Below are positions 51,859 through 61,103 of a stretch of DNA of 64,000 nt, piece after piece; within the stretch, counting starts at the first letter, position 1, and each line of letters opens with the position of its first letter. The translations under genes were made by a program, and so were the position numbers. Where the stretch lies: NCBI GenBank assembly GCA_963767005.1, contig CAVYCN010000002.1, positions 544,001 through 608,000 of the forward strand, read 5' to 3'. The notes beneath the pieces are model-generated. The model was not told the origin of the DNA. It did no database searches and was given only the letters and a program-made list of their open reading frames with translations. Source of the DNA: an uncultured Actinomycetes bacterium (GTDB lineage: Bacteria > Actinomycetota > Thermoleophilia > UBA2241).

Positions 51859-54800
51859 GTGTCGACCGTGCGCACGCCACGCCGCACCACGCCGCGCCGA
51901 GGCGTCCGGCCCCCGGGCACGCCGGGCGGGCGCCCCGCGCTGCGGCACGCCGCGCGCCAGCCCCAGCGGCTCATGCGCAGCGTCCTCGGCCCGGTCGACA
52001 TCGCCGCCTCGACCATGGCCAACATCGCCCCGGCCATGAGCTTCTACTTCGGCTTCGGCTTCCTCGCGCTCACGGCCGGCATCGCCTCGCCGCTCACGAT
52101 CGTCGCCGCCGGCGTCGCCATCGCCTTCCTGGCCAACACGCTGGCGCAGTTCTCGCGGGCCCATCCGTCGACCGGCTCGTTCATCACCTTCATCGGCAAG
52201 GCGTTCGGCCCGACGAGCGCGATCGCGACCGCCGTCATCCTCATCACCGGCTACGTGATCGCCATCATCTCGGTGCTCGTCATGTCGGGCGGTTTCACGG
52301 CCATCTTCCTGCACCGTTACGTGCCCGGCGTACCGGCCTCGTCGTGGCCCTGGTTCATGGTCGTCTTCGTGAGCGCGGCCGCCTACCTCATGGTGCGCGG
52401 CGTGCACATCTCGACTCGCTGGGCCGGGATCTTCTTCGCTTTCGAGATCGCGGTACTCGTCGTGGTCACGTTCAGCGCCCTGATCCACCACGCCGACCAC
52501 CTGACGCTCCATCCGTTCGACCCGCGCTACCTGTCGAACGGCTTCAAGGGCCTGGGCCTCGGGTTCCCGCTGGCCGTGTACCTGTTCATCGGCTGGGAGA
52601 ACTCGGCCGCCCTCGCCGAGGAGACCGAGAACCCGCGCCGCAACGTGCCCCGCGCCCTCTTCGCCAGCGTCGGCCTGATGATGCTGAGCTACGTCCTGTT
52701 CGCCTACGCCACCGTCGAGGGCTTCGGCGAGAACGTCGCCGCCCTGACCGCCGCGCCGATCCCCTTCATCACGCTGGCCGACAGCGTGCTCGGCGTGCTC
52801 GCCTTCCTCGCCTACCTCGCCGGCGTGACGTCGACCCTCGCCTGTCTGATCGCCGCGGTGAACTCGCAGTCGCGCCTGCTGTTCCACGCCGGCCGCGAGG
52901 GTCTGCTGCCGTCGTGGGTCGGCCGCGTGTACGCGCGCCGGCGCACGCCGGTGAACGCCCTCATGACCTTCACCGGTATCGGCCTCGTGCTCGTCTTCGC
53001 CTGGTCGTTCGGGCAGCACATCGACCCGGTGACGCTGTTCGCCGAGGCCTCGACGCTCGGCACCATCCTCGTGGTCGTCGTCTATCTCGTCGCCAACCTG
53101 GCACTGCCGGTCTTCTACCGCAAGCACCACCCCGACCAGTGGTCGCCCCTGCCCCACCTCGTCATCCCGCTCGTCGGCGCCGGCCTCATCGCCCTGCCGA
53201 TCTACGAACTCGTCAAGCCGGGGCAGGCCTCACCCTACGACCTGTTCCCGTACGTGGCGCTCGCGGTGATCGTGGTCGCCGTGGCCTACGCGGTGGCGCT
53301 GAACGCGCGCGACAAGACCTTGGCCGACCGCGTCGGCTCGCTCGTCGCCGACGACGCCGCCGACGGCAAGTTCGCCGGCTTCCTCGACGATGACGAGGAG
53401 CAGGTCCGCCACCTGCATCGCATCGCCCGCTGCCTGAACGAGGACCGCGACACCAAGCCGGCCCTGCAGAACGCCTTGCGCGTCGTCGCCGAGACGCTGG
53501 GCGCCGCCTCGGCGGCCGTGTTCGTCGTGCGTCCGGGCGACGTCGCCGAAGCCCTCACCGTCTGCGGCGACGCGCGCCGCAGCTTCCCCTACGCGCCGCT
53601 CGATCTCCGCCATCCGCTGCTCGCCCGGCTCGTGCGGCGTCCGGGCCTGCTCGAGGTCGTCGACGTCGACGGCCTGCCAGCGCCCCTGCTCGCCGTCGTC
53701 GCTCCCGACGCCGCCCGGGTCACCCTCGCGCCCCTGCCGGCCGGCCCCGGGGTCGCCGCACTCCTGCTGCTCAGCCGGCGGTCCGACGCTCCGCTCAGCG
53801 CGCGCAAGGCGGCCTTCGTCGCCGTCGTCTGCGAGACCCTGGGACCGGCCATCACGAGCCGCGCGCTGGCCGAAGAGTCGCATCACACGGCGGCCGTGCT
53901 CGAGACCGCCTACGCGGTCTCGCGGGCGATCACCCAGAGCCTCGACCTCGAGCACACCTACCGCGAGATCGCACGAAGCGCGGCGCGCGTCGCACGCGGC
54001 TCCCACTGCCTGTTGTTCGAACTCGAGCGCGGCACGGGCGACCATCTCGCCGTCGCCTGCTCCGATCCGGAGAGCGAGGACCTGCTGGGCACGCGCGTGC
54101 GGCTGCTCGAGAGCGCCGACCGGCCGCGCCAGCGAGCCGGCGGTGGTTTTGTCGTCCGGCCGGCGGCCACCCGCGGCGGCGGCCAGACCAGCAAGTTCTC
54201 GCTGGGCGGCCACCTCGGCGCCCGCCTGGCCGGCATGTTCAACGCCGACTCCTCGGTGCTCGTGCCCCTGTTCGCGCAGCAGGTGCCCGTCGGCTCGCTG
54301 CTCGTGTACGCGGCCGGCCGGCGGCGCCGCTTCTCGCCGCTCGAGGTGGCCGAGCTCGGCAGCGTGGGCGAGCAGGCCGCGATCGCCATCCACAACGCCC
54401 AGCTCTACCGCGACCTCACCGATAGCCGGGCGAGCGTCGAAGCGCTGCTCGGGCGTCTCACGCGGATCCGCGACCAGGAGCGCCAGGGCCTCGCCCGCGT
54501 GGTCCACGACGACATCGTGCAGTCCATCGTGGGCGCGGTCTACCGCCTCGACCTTCTGCGCGACGGCGTGGCCGGCGATCGGGTGGCCGAGTTCGACGAG
54601 GCGGTCGCCGGTCTGCGCCAGAGCATCGACGACGCCCGCCGGGTGATCTGGGAGCTGCGCCCGCCGGCGATCGAGGGCCTCGGCCTGCCGGCGGCGCTGC
54701 GCTCGCTGGCGGAGCGCAGCCACGACGGCGGCGCCCGCGTCGCGGTGTCGATCGAGGACGTCGTCGGCCTCTCCGACGCGGTCACGACCGGCCTCTACAA

Positions 54801-55095
54801 GATCGCCCGCGAGGCCCTCACCAACGCCCTGCACCACGCCGGCGCGCGCCGCATCGGCATCTCGCTCGCCGGCGCGCCCGCGGGCGAGCACGGCGGCGCG
54901 CACCTCGTCGTCGAGGACGACGGTGTAGGCTTCGTGGCCGACGCGAGCCGCGACGGCGGCCACTACGGGACGGTGATGATGGAGGAGCAGGCGACGCTCA
55001 TCGGTGCGACCCTGTCGATCGAATCACAGCCCGGTCGCGGCACGCGCGTCCGGGTCGTCGTGCCGGCGCCCCGCGCCGCGGCGGCGGCGAGATGA
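51859..55095 (+). CDS. APC family amino-acid permease fused to GAF domains and a HisKA_3/HATPase_c histidine kinase
   Basis: One 1078-aa ORF: roughly 12-TM APC domain (to about 53355), two GAF-like regions, H-box ERQGLARVVHDDIVQ, N-box EALTNALHHA, G1 EDDGVGF and GTRV. Confidence 0.9.
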   Translation: MSTVRTPRRTTPRRGVRPPGTPGGRPALRHAARQPQRLMRSVLGPVDIAASTMANIAPAMSFYFGFGFLALTAGIASPLTIVAAGVAIAFLANTLAQFSRAHPSTGSFITFIGKAFGPTSAIATAVILITGYVIAIISVLVMSGGFTAIFLHRYVPGVPASSWPWFMVVFVSAAAYLMVRGVHISTRWAGIFFAFEIAVLVVVTFSALIHHADHLTLHPFDPRYLSNGFKGLGLGFPLAVYLFIGWENSAALAEETENPRRNVPRALFASVGLMMLSYVLFAYATVEGFGENVAALTAAPIPFITLADSVLGVLAFLAYLAGVTSTLACLIAAVNSQSRLLFHAGREGLLPSWVGRVYARRRTPVNALMTFTGIGLVLVFAWSFGQHIDPVTLFAEASTLGTILVVVVYLVANLALPVFYRKHHPDQWSPLPHLVIPLVGAGLIALPIYELVKPGQASPYDLFPYVALAVIVVAVAYAVALNARDKTLADRVGSLVADDAADGKFAGFLDDDEEQVRHLHRIARCLNEDRDTKPALQNALRVVAETLGAASAAVFVVRPGDVAEALTVCGDARRSFPYAPLDLRHPLLARLVRRPGLLEVVDVDGLPAPLLAVVAPDAARVTLAPLPAGPGVAALLLLSRRSDAPLSARKAAFVAVVCETLGPAITSRALAEESHHTAAVLETAYAVSRAITQSLDLEHTYREIARSAARVARGSHCLLFELERGTGDHLAVACSDPESEDLLGTRVRLLESADRPRQRAGGGFVVRPAATRGGGQTSKFSLGGHLGARLAGMFNADSSVLVPLFAQQVPVGSLLVYAAGRRRRFSPLEVAELGSVGEQAAIAIHNAQLYRDLTDSRASVEALLGRLTRIRDQERQGLARVVHDDIVQSIVGAVYRLDLLRDGVAGDRVAEFDEAVAGLRQSIDDARRVIWELRPPAIEGLGLPAALRSLAERSHDGGARVAVSIEDVVGLSDAVTTGLYKIAREALTNALHHAGARRIGISLAGAPAGEHGGAHLVVEDDGVGFVADASRDGGHYGTVMMEEQATLIGATLSIESQPGRGTRVRVVVPAPRAAAAAR

Positions 55096-55733
55096 CCGCG
55101 TCGGCCGACAGGACACGCGTCCTCATCGTCGACGACCACGCCGTCGTGCGCGAGGGTCTCGAGCGCATCATGGCCAAGTGCGCCGATCTCGAGGTGGTCG
55201 GCTCGGCCGCGAGCGGCGAGGAGGCGCTCGACCTGGCCGCCTCCCTCGAGCCCGACCTCGTGCTGCTCGATCTCTCGCTGCCGGGCATGCACGGCCTCGA
55301 CGTGCTGGGCGTCCTGCAGACGCTGCCGCGCCCGCCCCGGGTGATCGTGCTCACCGTGCACGACGACGACGACATCGTGCTCGGCGCCGTGCGTGGCGGC
55401 GCCCAGGGCTACGTCCTCAAGAACGCCACGCGCGACGAGCTCATCGCCGCCGTGCGCCACGTCGCGACCGGCGGCCAGTCTTTCGACGAGGTCGTCGTGC
55501 GCGCCCTGCTGCGCGGCGACCAGCGCGAGGTGCTGTGCAGCCTGCTCACCGCGCGCGAGCTCGACGTCCTGCGCCTCGTGGCCGGCGGCCAGACCAACAA
55601 GGAGATCGCCGCCGCCCTGTTCATCAGCGCCGACACCGTCAAGGGGCACCTCGAGACGATCTACCGCAAGCTCGGCGTGTCCGACCGGGCGCACGCCGTG
55701 GCGGTCGCCATCCGCAACGGCCTCGTTGCCTGA
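55092..55733 (+). CDS. NarL/LuxR family response regulator
   Basis: ATGA overlap with the kinase. Receiver domain (IVDDH, LLDLSLP, YVLK) and LuxR HTH (LTARELDVL...NKEIA...TVKGH). Confidence 0.96.
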   Translation: MTASADRTRVLIVDDHAVVREGLERIMAKCADLEVVGSAASGEEALDLAASLEPDLVLLDLSLPGMHGLDVLGVLQTLPRPPRVIVLTVHDDDDIVLGAVRGGAQGYVLKNATRDELIAAVRHVATGGQSFDEVVVRALLRGDQREVLCSLLTARELDVLRLVAGGQTNKEIAAALFISADTVKGHLETIYRKLGVSDRAHAVAVAIRNGLVA

Positions 55734-55890
55734 CGGTCATCCCCCGAACGGCCCCCCGCCTCGCGGGCCGAACGCCGGCGCGATCCCACCCGATCGGCGC
55801 CGGCGGAGCGCCGTTTGTGGCGTTTCGGCGGCGGCCCGCGTCGCCTAGGCTCGGCGCGGCGGTATCCGTAGTCGATGATCGGGGGGATCT

Positions 55891-57495
55891 ATGGCTGAAG
55901 AGATCGCGTTTGCCCGCAAGGCGAGCGGCCTGGTGCGCGGACTGTCCTTCTGGGACGTGACCGGCATCGGCCTCGCGTTCATCACGCCCATCTACGCCAT
56001 CTGGTACATCATCGAGGTGGGCCTCGTCCTGTACCCGTCGGCCAACCTGCTGATCGCGATCCTTATCTCAGTGCTGACGATCGGCTGGGCGAGCCCCATC
56101 GTCTGGGGCGTCCTGGGCGGCAGCATGCCGCGCAGCGGCGGCGAGTACATCTACAACTCGCGCATCATCAACCCGGCCGTCGCGCTGGGCGCGAGCTTCA
56201 CCGCGATCGTCGCCCAGTTCTACTGGAACCTCTTCAACTCGAGCCTGATCGCGGTGCCCTCGCTGGCCATCCTCGGCCAGTACCTCGGCTGGACGGGGCT
56301 GTCGAACTTCGCCACGAGCAAGCACGGCGGCGTCATCCTCTCGTGTCTGGGTATCGGCATCGCCTTCCTCATCCTGGCCTTCGGCATGAAGACCTTCCGG
56401 CACCTGTCGAAGGTCGTGATCGTCATCATGCTGGGCGGCGTCGTGATCCTTGACCTCGCCCTGACCCTGGCCAGCAAGGCGAGCTTCATCAAGCACTGGG
56501 ACGCGCAGGCCGCCAAGTACCACTCGCTGCCCTACCACCAGTTCGTCGCCGCGGCCCACACGGCCGGCGCCGCCACGCCGACGACCTGGACCTGGGGCGA
56601 CACCTTCGGCGCCACGGCCGGCGTCTTCATGATCTTCATCTGGGCGTTCGGCATCGCCTACGTAGGCGGCGAGGTCAAGCGTCCCGACAAGACCGTCATG
56701 CGCGCCCAGTGGGCGGCCGTGGGCATGCCGGTGCTGCTCTGCATCTGGGCCGTGCTGGCGATCGGTCACATCATGCCGTACGACTTCCTGCGGGCCGCGG
56801 CCTTCCAGGACTTCTCGGCGGCCACCAAGGGCTACAACCTGCCCTACTCGACGAGCTTCATGTCGATCGCCTTCGTCGCCTCGGGCGCGAACTGGTTCAT
56901 CGGCCTCGTGGCCGGCGTCACCTTCGGAGTGACCGCGCTCTGGCTCGTCGTCGTCAACCTGCTGATGTGCCAGCGCGCGATGTTCGCCTGGGGCATGGAC
57001 CGCATGGGGCCGACCTGGTTCACGTCGATCAACACGCGCACCGCGTCGCCGATCGGCATGCTCGGCTTCGTGGCGGCCATCTCGGCGTTCCTGTCGGTAG
57101 CCTACTGGTACCTGTTCCCGAGCGTCCTGTCGGGTCTGTTCGCGTCGGGCATGCAGCTCGTGTCGGTGTTCGGCGTGACCGCTATCTCGGCGATCATCTT
57201 CGCCTACCGCAAGAAGGCGGCTCACATCTGGAACTCGTCGCCCTACCGCAACTGGAAGGTGGCCGGCATCCCGGTGCTGACGATCGCCGGAGTCGTCTAC
57301 CTCTGCTACATCGTCGCGCTGCTGTACTTCGCGTTCTTCGACGCAAAGACGAAGGACGTGACGGGCAAGAAGGTCTGGCTCATGGTCGTGGCCTGGGCCG
57401 CGGGCATCGCCTGGTACTACTTCTGGAAGTACCGCAGCGCCCAGAAGGGCGTCGACGTGGCGACCATGACCTACGGCGAGCTGCCGCCTGAGTGA
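55891..57495 (+). CDS. APC family amino-acid/amine permease (second, divergent type)
   Basis: FARKASGLVR, MPRSGGEYIYNSR, YVGGEVKRP and RAMFAWGMDR; many TM helices. Confidence 0.88.
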   Translation: MAEEIAFARKASGLVRGLSFWDVTGIGLAFITPIYAIWYIIEVGLVLYPSANLLIAILISVLTIGWASPIVWGVLGGSMPRSGGEYIYNSRIINPAVALGASFTAIVAQFYWNLFNSSLIAVPSLAILGQYLGWTGLSNFATSKHGGVILSCLGIGIAFLILAFGMKTFRHLSKVVIVIMLGGVVILDLALTLASKASFIKHWDAQAAKYHSLPYHQFVAAAHTAGAATPTTWTWGDTFGATAGVFMIFIWAFGIAYVGGEVKRPDKTVMRAQWAAVGMPVLLCIWAVLAIGHIMPYDFLRAAAFQDFSAATKGYNLPYSTSFMSIAFVASGANWFIGLVAGVTFGVTALWLVVVNLLMCQRAMFAWGMDRMGPTWFTSINTRTASPIGMLGFVAAISAFLSVAYWYLFPSVLSGLFASGMQLVSVFGVTAISAIIFAYRKKAAHIWNSSPYRNWKVAGIPVLTIAGVVYLCYIVALLYFAFFDAKTKDVTGKKVWLMVVAWAAGIAWYYFWKYRSAQKGVDVATMTYGELPPE

Positions 57496-57526
57496 TCGGA
57501 CGGCGTCACGCCGCCTGCAGCGAACC

Positions 57527-57569
57527 GGGGCGGCGGGGGCGGGCTGGCGCCCGCCCCCGCCGCCCCTTT
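57527..57569 (+). terminator. Intrinsic terminator-like hairpin
   Basis: 18-bp stem GGGGCGGCGGGGGCGGGC-TGGC-GCCCGCCCCCGCCGCCCC followed by TTT. Confidence 0.75.
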
Positions 57570-57618
57570 AGATGGTACGGTTCAGCGAATCAGCACGGGA
57601 CGACGAGTGGAGGCGGCC

Positions 57619-58110
57619 ATGACGCAGGACGCGCAGATGCGCAGGAGCGACAAGGAGATCACCGACCGTGACGTGCTCGAGCGCCTGCTCGACGACGCCC
57701 AGGTGCTGCACCTCGGGCTGGTCGATGAGGGCCGCCCCTACGTCGTGCCGCTCAACTTCGGCCGCGAGGGCGACGTCCTCTACGTGCACTGCGCCGCCGA
57801 GGGCCGCAAGCTCCGCTGCCTGACCGCGCAGCCGGCCGTCTGTGTCGAGGTCGAGCGCCTCGACCGCGTCACCAAGGGCAGTTCGGCCTGCGGTGAGTGG
57901 ACCAGCCACTACGAGTCGGCGATCGGCTTCGGCACGGCCCGCGTGCTCGCCGACGAGGCCGACCGTGAGCGCGGCCTGCAGGCGATCATGGCCAAGTACT
58001 CGGGGCGGCGCGACTGGACCTTCAAGCCCGAGACGCTGGCCAAGACGATCGTCGTACGCATCGACCTCGAGCGGCTCACCGGCAAGCGCTCGCCGGCGCA
58101 GTCCGCTTAG
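57619..58110 (+). CDS. Pyridoxamine 5'-phosphate oxidase family (NimA-like) flavin-binding protein
   Basis: MRRSDKEI, PYVVPLNF, YVHCA.EGRK, YESAIGFG and TGKR. Confidence 0.88.
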   Translation: MTQDAQMRRSDKEITDRDVLERLLDDAQVLHLGLVDEGRPYVVPLNFGREGDVLYVHCAAEGRKLRCLTAQPAVCVEVERLDRVTKGSSACGEWTSHYESAIGFGTARVLADEADRERGLQAIMAKYSGRRDWTFKPETLAKTIVVRIDLERLTGKRSPAQSA

Positions 58111-58130
58111 GCCGAGCCCGGCGCCCTCGT

Positions 58131-59426
58131 TTAGACTCGCTCGGCGCGCTCCGGCGCGGCCGCTCCGCCGAGGAGCTCCAGCTCCATGCCCTGCGCCGCG
58201 AGCTCGTCCTGGATGCGACCGGCCGCGAGGTCGCGTGGCGCGCACCCGTCGCGCACCGCGAGCGCCGCGGCGACGCCGGCCGCCTGCCCGGTGGCGAAGC
58301 ACACCGGGATCAGGCGGAGCTGCACCATGGCGTCGGGAGCCGCCGACAGGCAGCGACCGGCGAACAGCAGTCCGTCGACCGACTCGGGCACCAGTGAGCG
58401 GTACGGGATGCGCATGGAGCGCCCGGCGTAGGGCTTGGCCACCGTGTCGGGGAACACGGTCGCGAAGACCTCCTTGAGGCCCGGTGTGGCGAGGCCGGTG
58501 ATGCGCCGCGTGCCGCGCACGCCGACCTGCGCCGCCGTGCACTCCAGGCGGGCGCGCTCGAAGCCCGCCAGGCGCGTGCGCAGAAACGCGACCAGCCGCA
58601 TGGTGTGCTGGCGGGTCACGATCTCGGCCCTCGTCAGGTCGTCGGGGTCGATGCCGTTCACGCCGAACAGGCTGCCCGACCACAGGTTGATCTGACCCGG
58701 GTAACAGAGCTCGGCGGCGAAGACGCCCGGCGCGAACGCGCGCGAGTGGACCTCGAGGTCGAACTCGAGCTCGCCGGCGGCCACGGCCGCTTCGACCAGA
58801 CCGCGCAGGTTACCCCAGCTGCCGAGCTGCCCGAGGGCGCGAGCGGTGTCGATGCCGACGACCGTCGACATGAGGGTCACCGGCAGTGGCCGCGAGTCGA
58901 GCTCGTAGGCGGCGCCGGCGGCGGCCGCGAGGTCGCCGTCGCCGGTCGTGTCGATCACGAGGCGGGCGCGGATCGCCGCCCGCCCCGCCTTGGTCTCGAT
59001 GATGACGCCGCTCACGCGACCGTCGTCGGTGAGGCTACCGACCACGCCGGTGTGCAGCAGGAGCCGGGCACCGGAGTCGAGCAGCAGGGTGAGCAGCTCG
59101 AACTTGAGGATCTCGGGGTCGACCGCGATCAGGCCGTCGACCGCGGGGTCGTCGCCCAGGTTGGCGCACTCCTGGTAGGTGCGCGCCTCCTCGAGCCGCC
59201 CACGTACCTCGCCGTTGATGCCGTTGTCGAGCGGCGGCACGGTGATCACGAGGCCGCCGGTGGCGAGGCCGCCGAGATAGCCGTACCGCTCCAGCAGGAT
59301 GACGCGCGCGCCCAGGCGAGCGGCGCAGACGGCCGCCGCCACCCCCGCGACGCCGCCGCCGCAGACCACGACGTCGGTCTCGTCGTACACCGGGATCGAA
59401 CGTCTCTCCTCGATCACCACATCCAT
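58131..59426 (-). CDS. FAD-dependent oxidoreductase (FAD_oxidored family)
   Basis: DVVVCGGGVAG..AA..AAR.G...ER...LGG..TGG, DTTGDGD, IPYRSLVP, AGRCLS and TGQAAG. Confidence 0.9.
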   Translation of the reverse strand: MDVVIEERRSIPVYDETDVVVCGGGVAGVAAAVCAARLGARVILLERYGYLGGLATGGLVITVPPLDNGINGEVRGRLEEARTYQECANLGDDPAVDGLIAVDPEILKFELLTLLLDSGARLLLHTGVVGSLTDDGRVSGVIIETKAGRAAIRARLVIDTTGDGDLAAAAGAAYELDSRPLPVTLMSTVVGIDTARALGQLGSWGNLRGLVEAAVAAGELEFDLEVHSRAFAPGVFAAELCYPGQINLWSGSLFGVNGIDPDDLTRAEIVTRQHTMRLVAFLRTRLAGFERARLECTAAQVGVRGTRRITGLATPGLKEVFATVFPDTVAKPYAGRSMRIPYRSLVPESVDGLLFAGRCLSAAPDAMVQLRLIPVCFATGQAAGVAAALAVRDGCAPRDLAAGRIQDELAAQGMELELLGGAAAPERAERV

Positions 59427-59482
59427 GATCTACTCGGCCCCCTTGCACCGCGGCTCGCGCACCACGCTCGAGGTCCGCCGCG

Positions 59483-60916
59483 TCACTCCTGTCCTCCCGC
59501 GTCCTTCACTGCCTGCTTCAGCGAAGCGTAGCCGGGGAGTGTACGATAAAACTCGTCGCGGGTGTAGCAGCCCGACACGGTGCCGAAGCCCGGCGCGATG
59601 TCGCACCAGCTACAGGCGTTGCAGAGGCTCTTGCGCCGCAGCGGGCGCCCCGCGACGACGTCGGCCGCGATGTCGGGGTAGCTCAGCGCCATGCGCCCGA
59701 TGCCGATCGTGTCGGCCCAGCCGCGCTCGACGACCGCCTGACCCACGTTGGGCAGCCACTGCTGCAGGTACGAATAGCCGCTGCCGATGTGCACGAGCTC
59801 GGGATGCGCCCGCTTGAGCTCGGCCACGATCTTCACGAGTCGCACGACGCCGACGAGCGGGTCTTCGGGCGGCCGGTGCGGCGCGACCGGCAGCGACATG
59901 TAGGGCTCCATCACGTGCGAGTTGTACTCGGCGCCGCCCGAGGCCGACACCAGACTGATGTCGAGCTCGGCCAGCAGGTCGAGGAACGCCAGGGGCTCGC
60001 GCAGGTCGCAGCCCAGGCCGCTGCCGTCGCCGCCGAAGGCGTAGCGGTAAGGCTCCCGGCCCGGAGGCGCAGGCTGCGTGCGGTCGCCGTCGCCGTCGAT
60101 GAAGGGCACGAAGTCGACGGCGCTGAAGCGCACGGCGATGCCGAGACCGGGGGCCTCGGCACGGATGCCGGCCACGATCTCGCGCAGGAAGCGCGTGCGG
60201 TTCTCGAAGCTGCCGCCGTAGGGGCCGGGCCGCTCGACGGCGCTCAGGAACTCATGGCCAAGGTAGCCGTGACAGTGCTTGACGTCGACGAAGTCGAAGC
60301 CCGCCTGCCGCGACAGCACGCCGGCGTGGACGAAGTCGGCGACCACGCGCTCGATCTCGGCGTCGCTCATGACGGCGTCGTCGCCCTGGGCGTCGTAGCG
60401 CTCGTCGAGCAGCGGGTGGTGGTACAGCACGCGCGGCTCGCAGCGGTCCATGTCGTGCGGATGCGCGACGCGCCCCGAGTGGGTGAGCTGCACGCCGACC
60501 ATGAGGTCGTCGGTCCTGCCGAAGTGGCGCTCGTGGGTGGCGACGAGCAGCCGCCGCAGGCCGGCGATGTCGTCGAGGTTCTCGTCGACCATGACGAGCT
60601 GGCTCGGGCTGCCCCTGCCCTCGGGACAGACGGCGATCGCCTCGGCCCCGAAGATGAGCTTCGCGCCGCTCAGGCCCCAGCGCTCCCAGCGCCGCCGGGT
60701 GAGGTCGGTCGGGCGGCCGTCGACCGTACAGTCCCAACCCTCCATGGGCAGGATCGCAAAGCGGTTGCCCACCGTGCGCCCGAACACCTCCAGCGGACGG
60801 CCGAGCGGCGAGTCGGGGCCGGACCGCACCTCGTCGTCGACCGGCAGCTCCAGGCCGAGCGACTCGACGTACGCGCGCAGCGACTCCACGTCTTCAAAAC
60901 GACCGATGTTGCGCAT
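59483..60916 (-). CDS. NADH:flavin oxidoreductase (Old Yellow Enzyme-like)
   Basis: NRFAILPMEGWD, QLTHSGR, AGFDFVDVKHCHGYLGHEFLS, YGGSFENRTRF and C-terminal CNACSWC. ATG 60916 follows GAAGGAGG. Confidence 0.9.
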   Translation of the reverse strand: MRNIGRFEDVESLRAYVESLGLELPVDDEVRSGPDSPLGRPLEVFGRTVGNRFAILPMEGWDCTVDGRPTDLTRRRWERWGLSGAKLIFGAEAIAVCPEGRGSPSQLVMVDENLDDIAGLRRLLVATHERHFGRTDDLMVGVQLTHSGRVAHPHDMDRCEPRVLYHHPLLDERYDAQGDDAVMSDAEIERVVADFVHAGVLSRQAGFDFVDVKHCHGYLGHEFLSAVERPGPYGGSFENRTRFLREIVAGIRAEAPGLGIAVRFSAVDFVPFIDGDGDRTQPAPPGREPYRYAFGGDGSGLGCDLREPLAFLDLLAELDISLVSASGGAEYNSHVMEPYMSLPVAPHRPPEDPLVGVVRLVKIVAELKRAHPELVHIGSGYSYLQQWLPNVGQAVVERGWADTIGIGRMALSYPDIAADVVAGRPLRRKSLCNACSWCDIAPGFGTVSGCYTRDEFYRTLPGYASLKQAVKDAGGQE

Positions 60917-61041
60917 GAGCCTCTGCTTCCTCCTTCGGGCCACGTCACTGCCCTCGTGCGGGCGACGCCGGCCGCCGCGCCGGGCCCGGCGCGGGCCCGG
61001 TTCGACCCCGCCGGTCGGGACCGGCCGTCCGTCGTGCTCGC

Positions 61042-61072
61042 GGCGGGGGTGGAGCGTCGCTCCACCCCCGCC
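61042..61072. terminator. GC hairpin downstream of the stand-alone APC permease
   Basis: GGCGGGGGTGGAGCG-T-CGCTCCACCCCCGCC inverted repeat. Confidence 0.5.
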
Positions 61073-61103
61073 ACCCGCGGTTGTCGTTGGCGATCCCCGG
61101 CGA

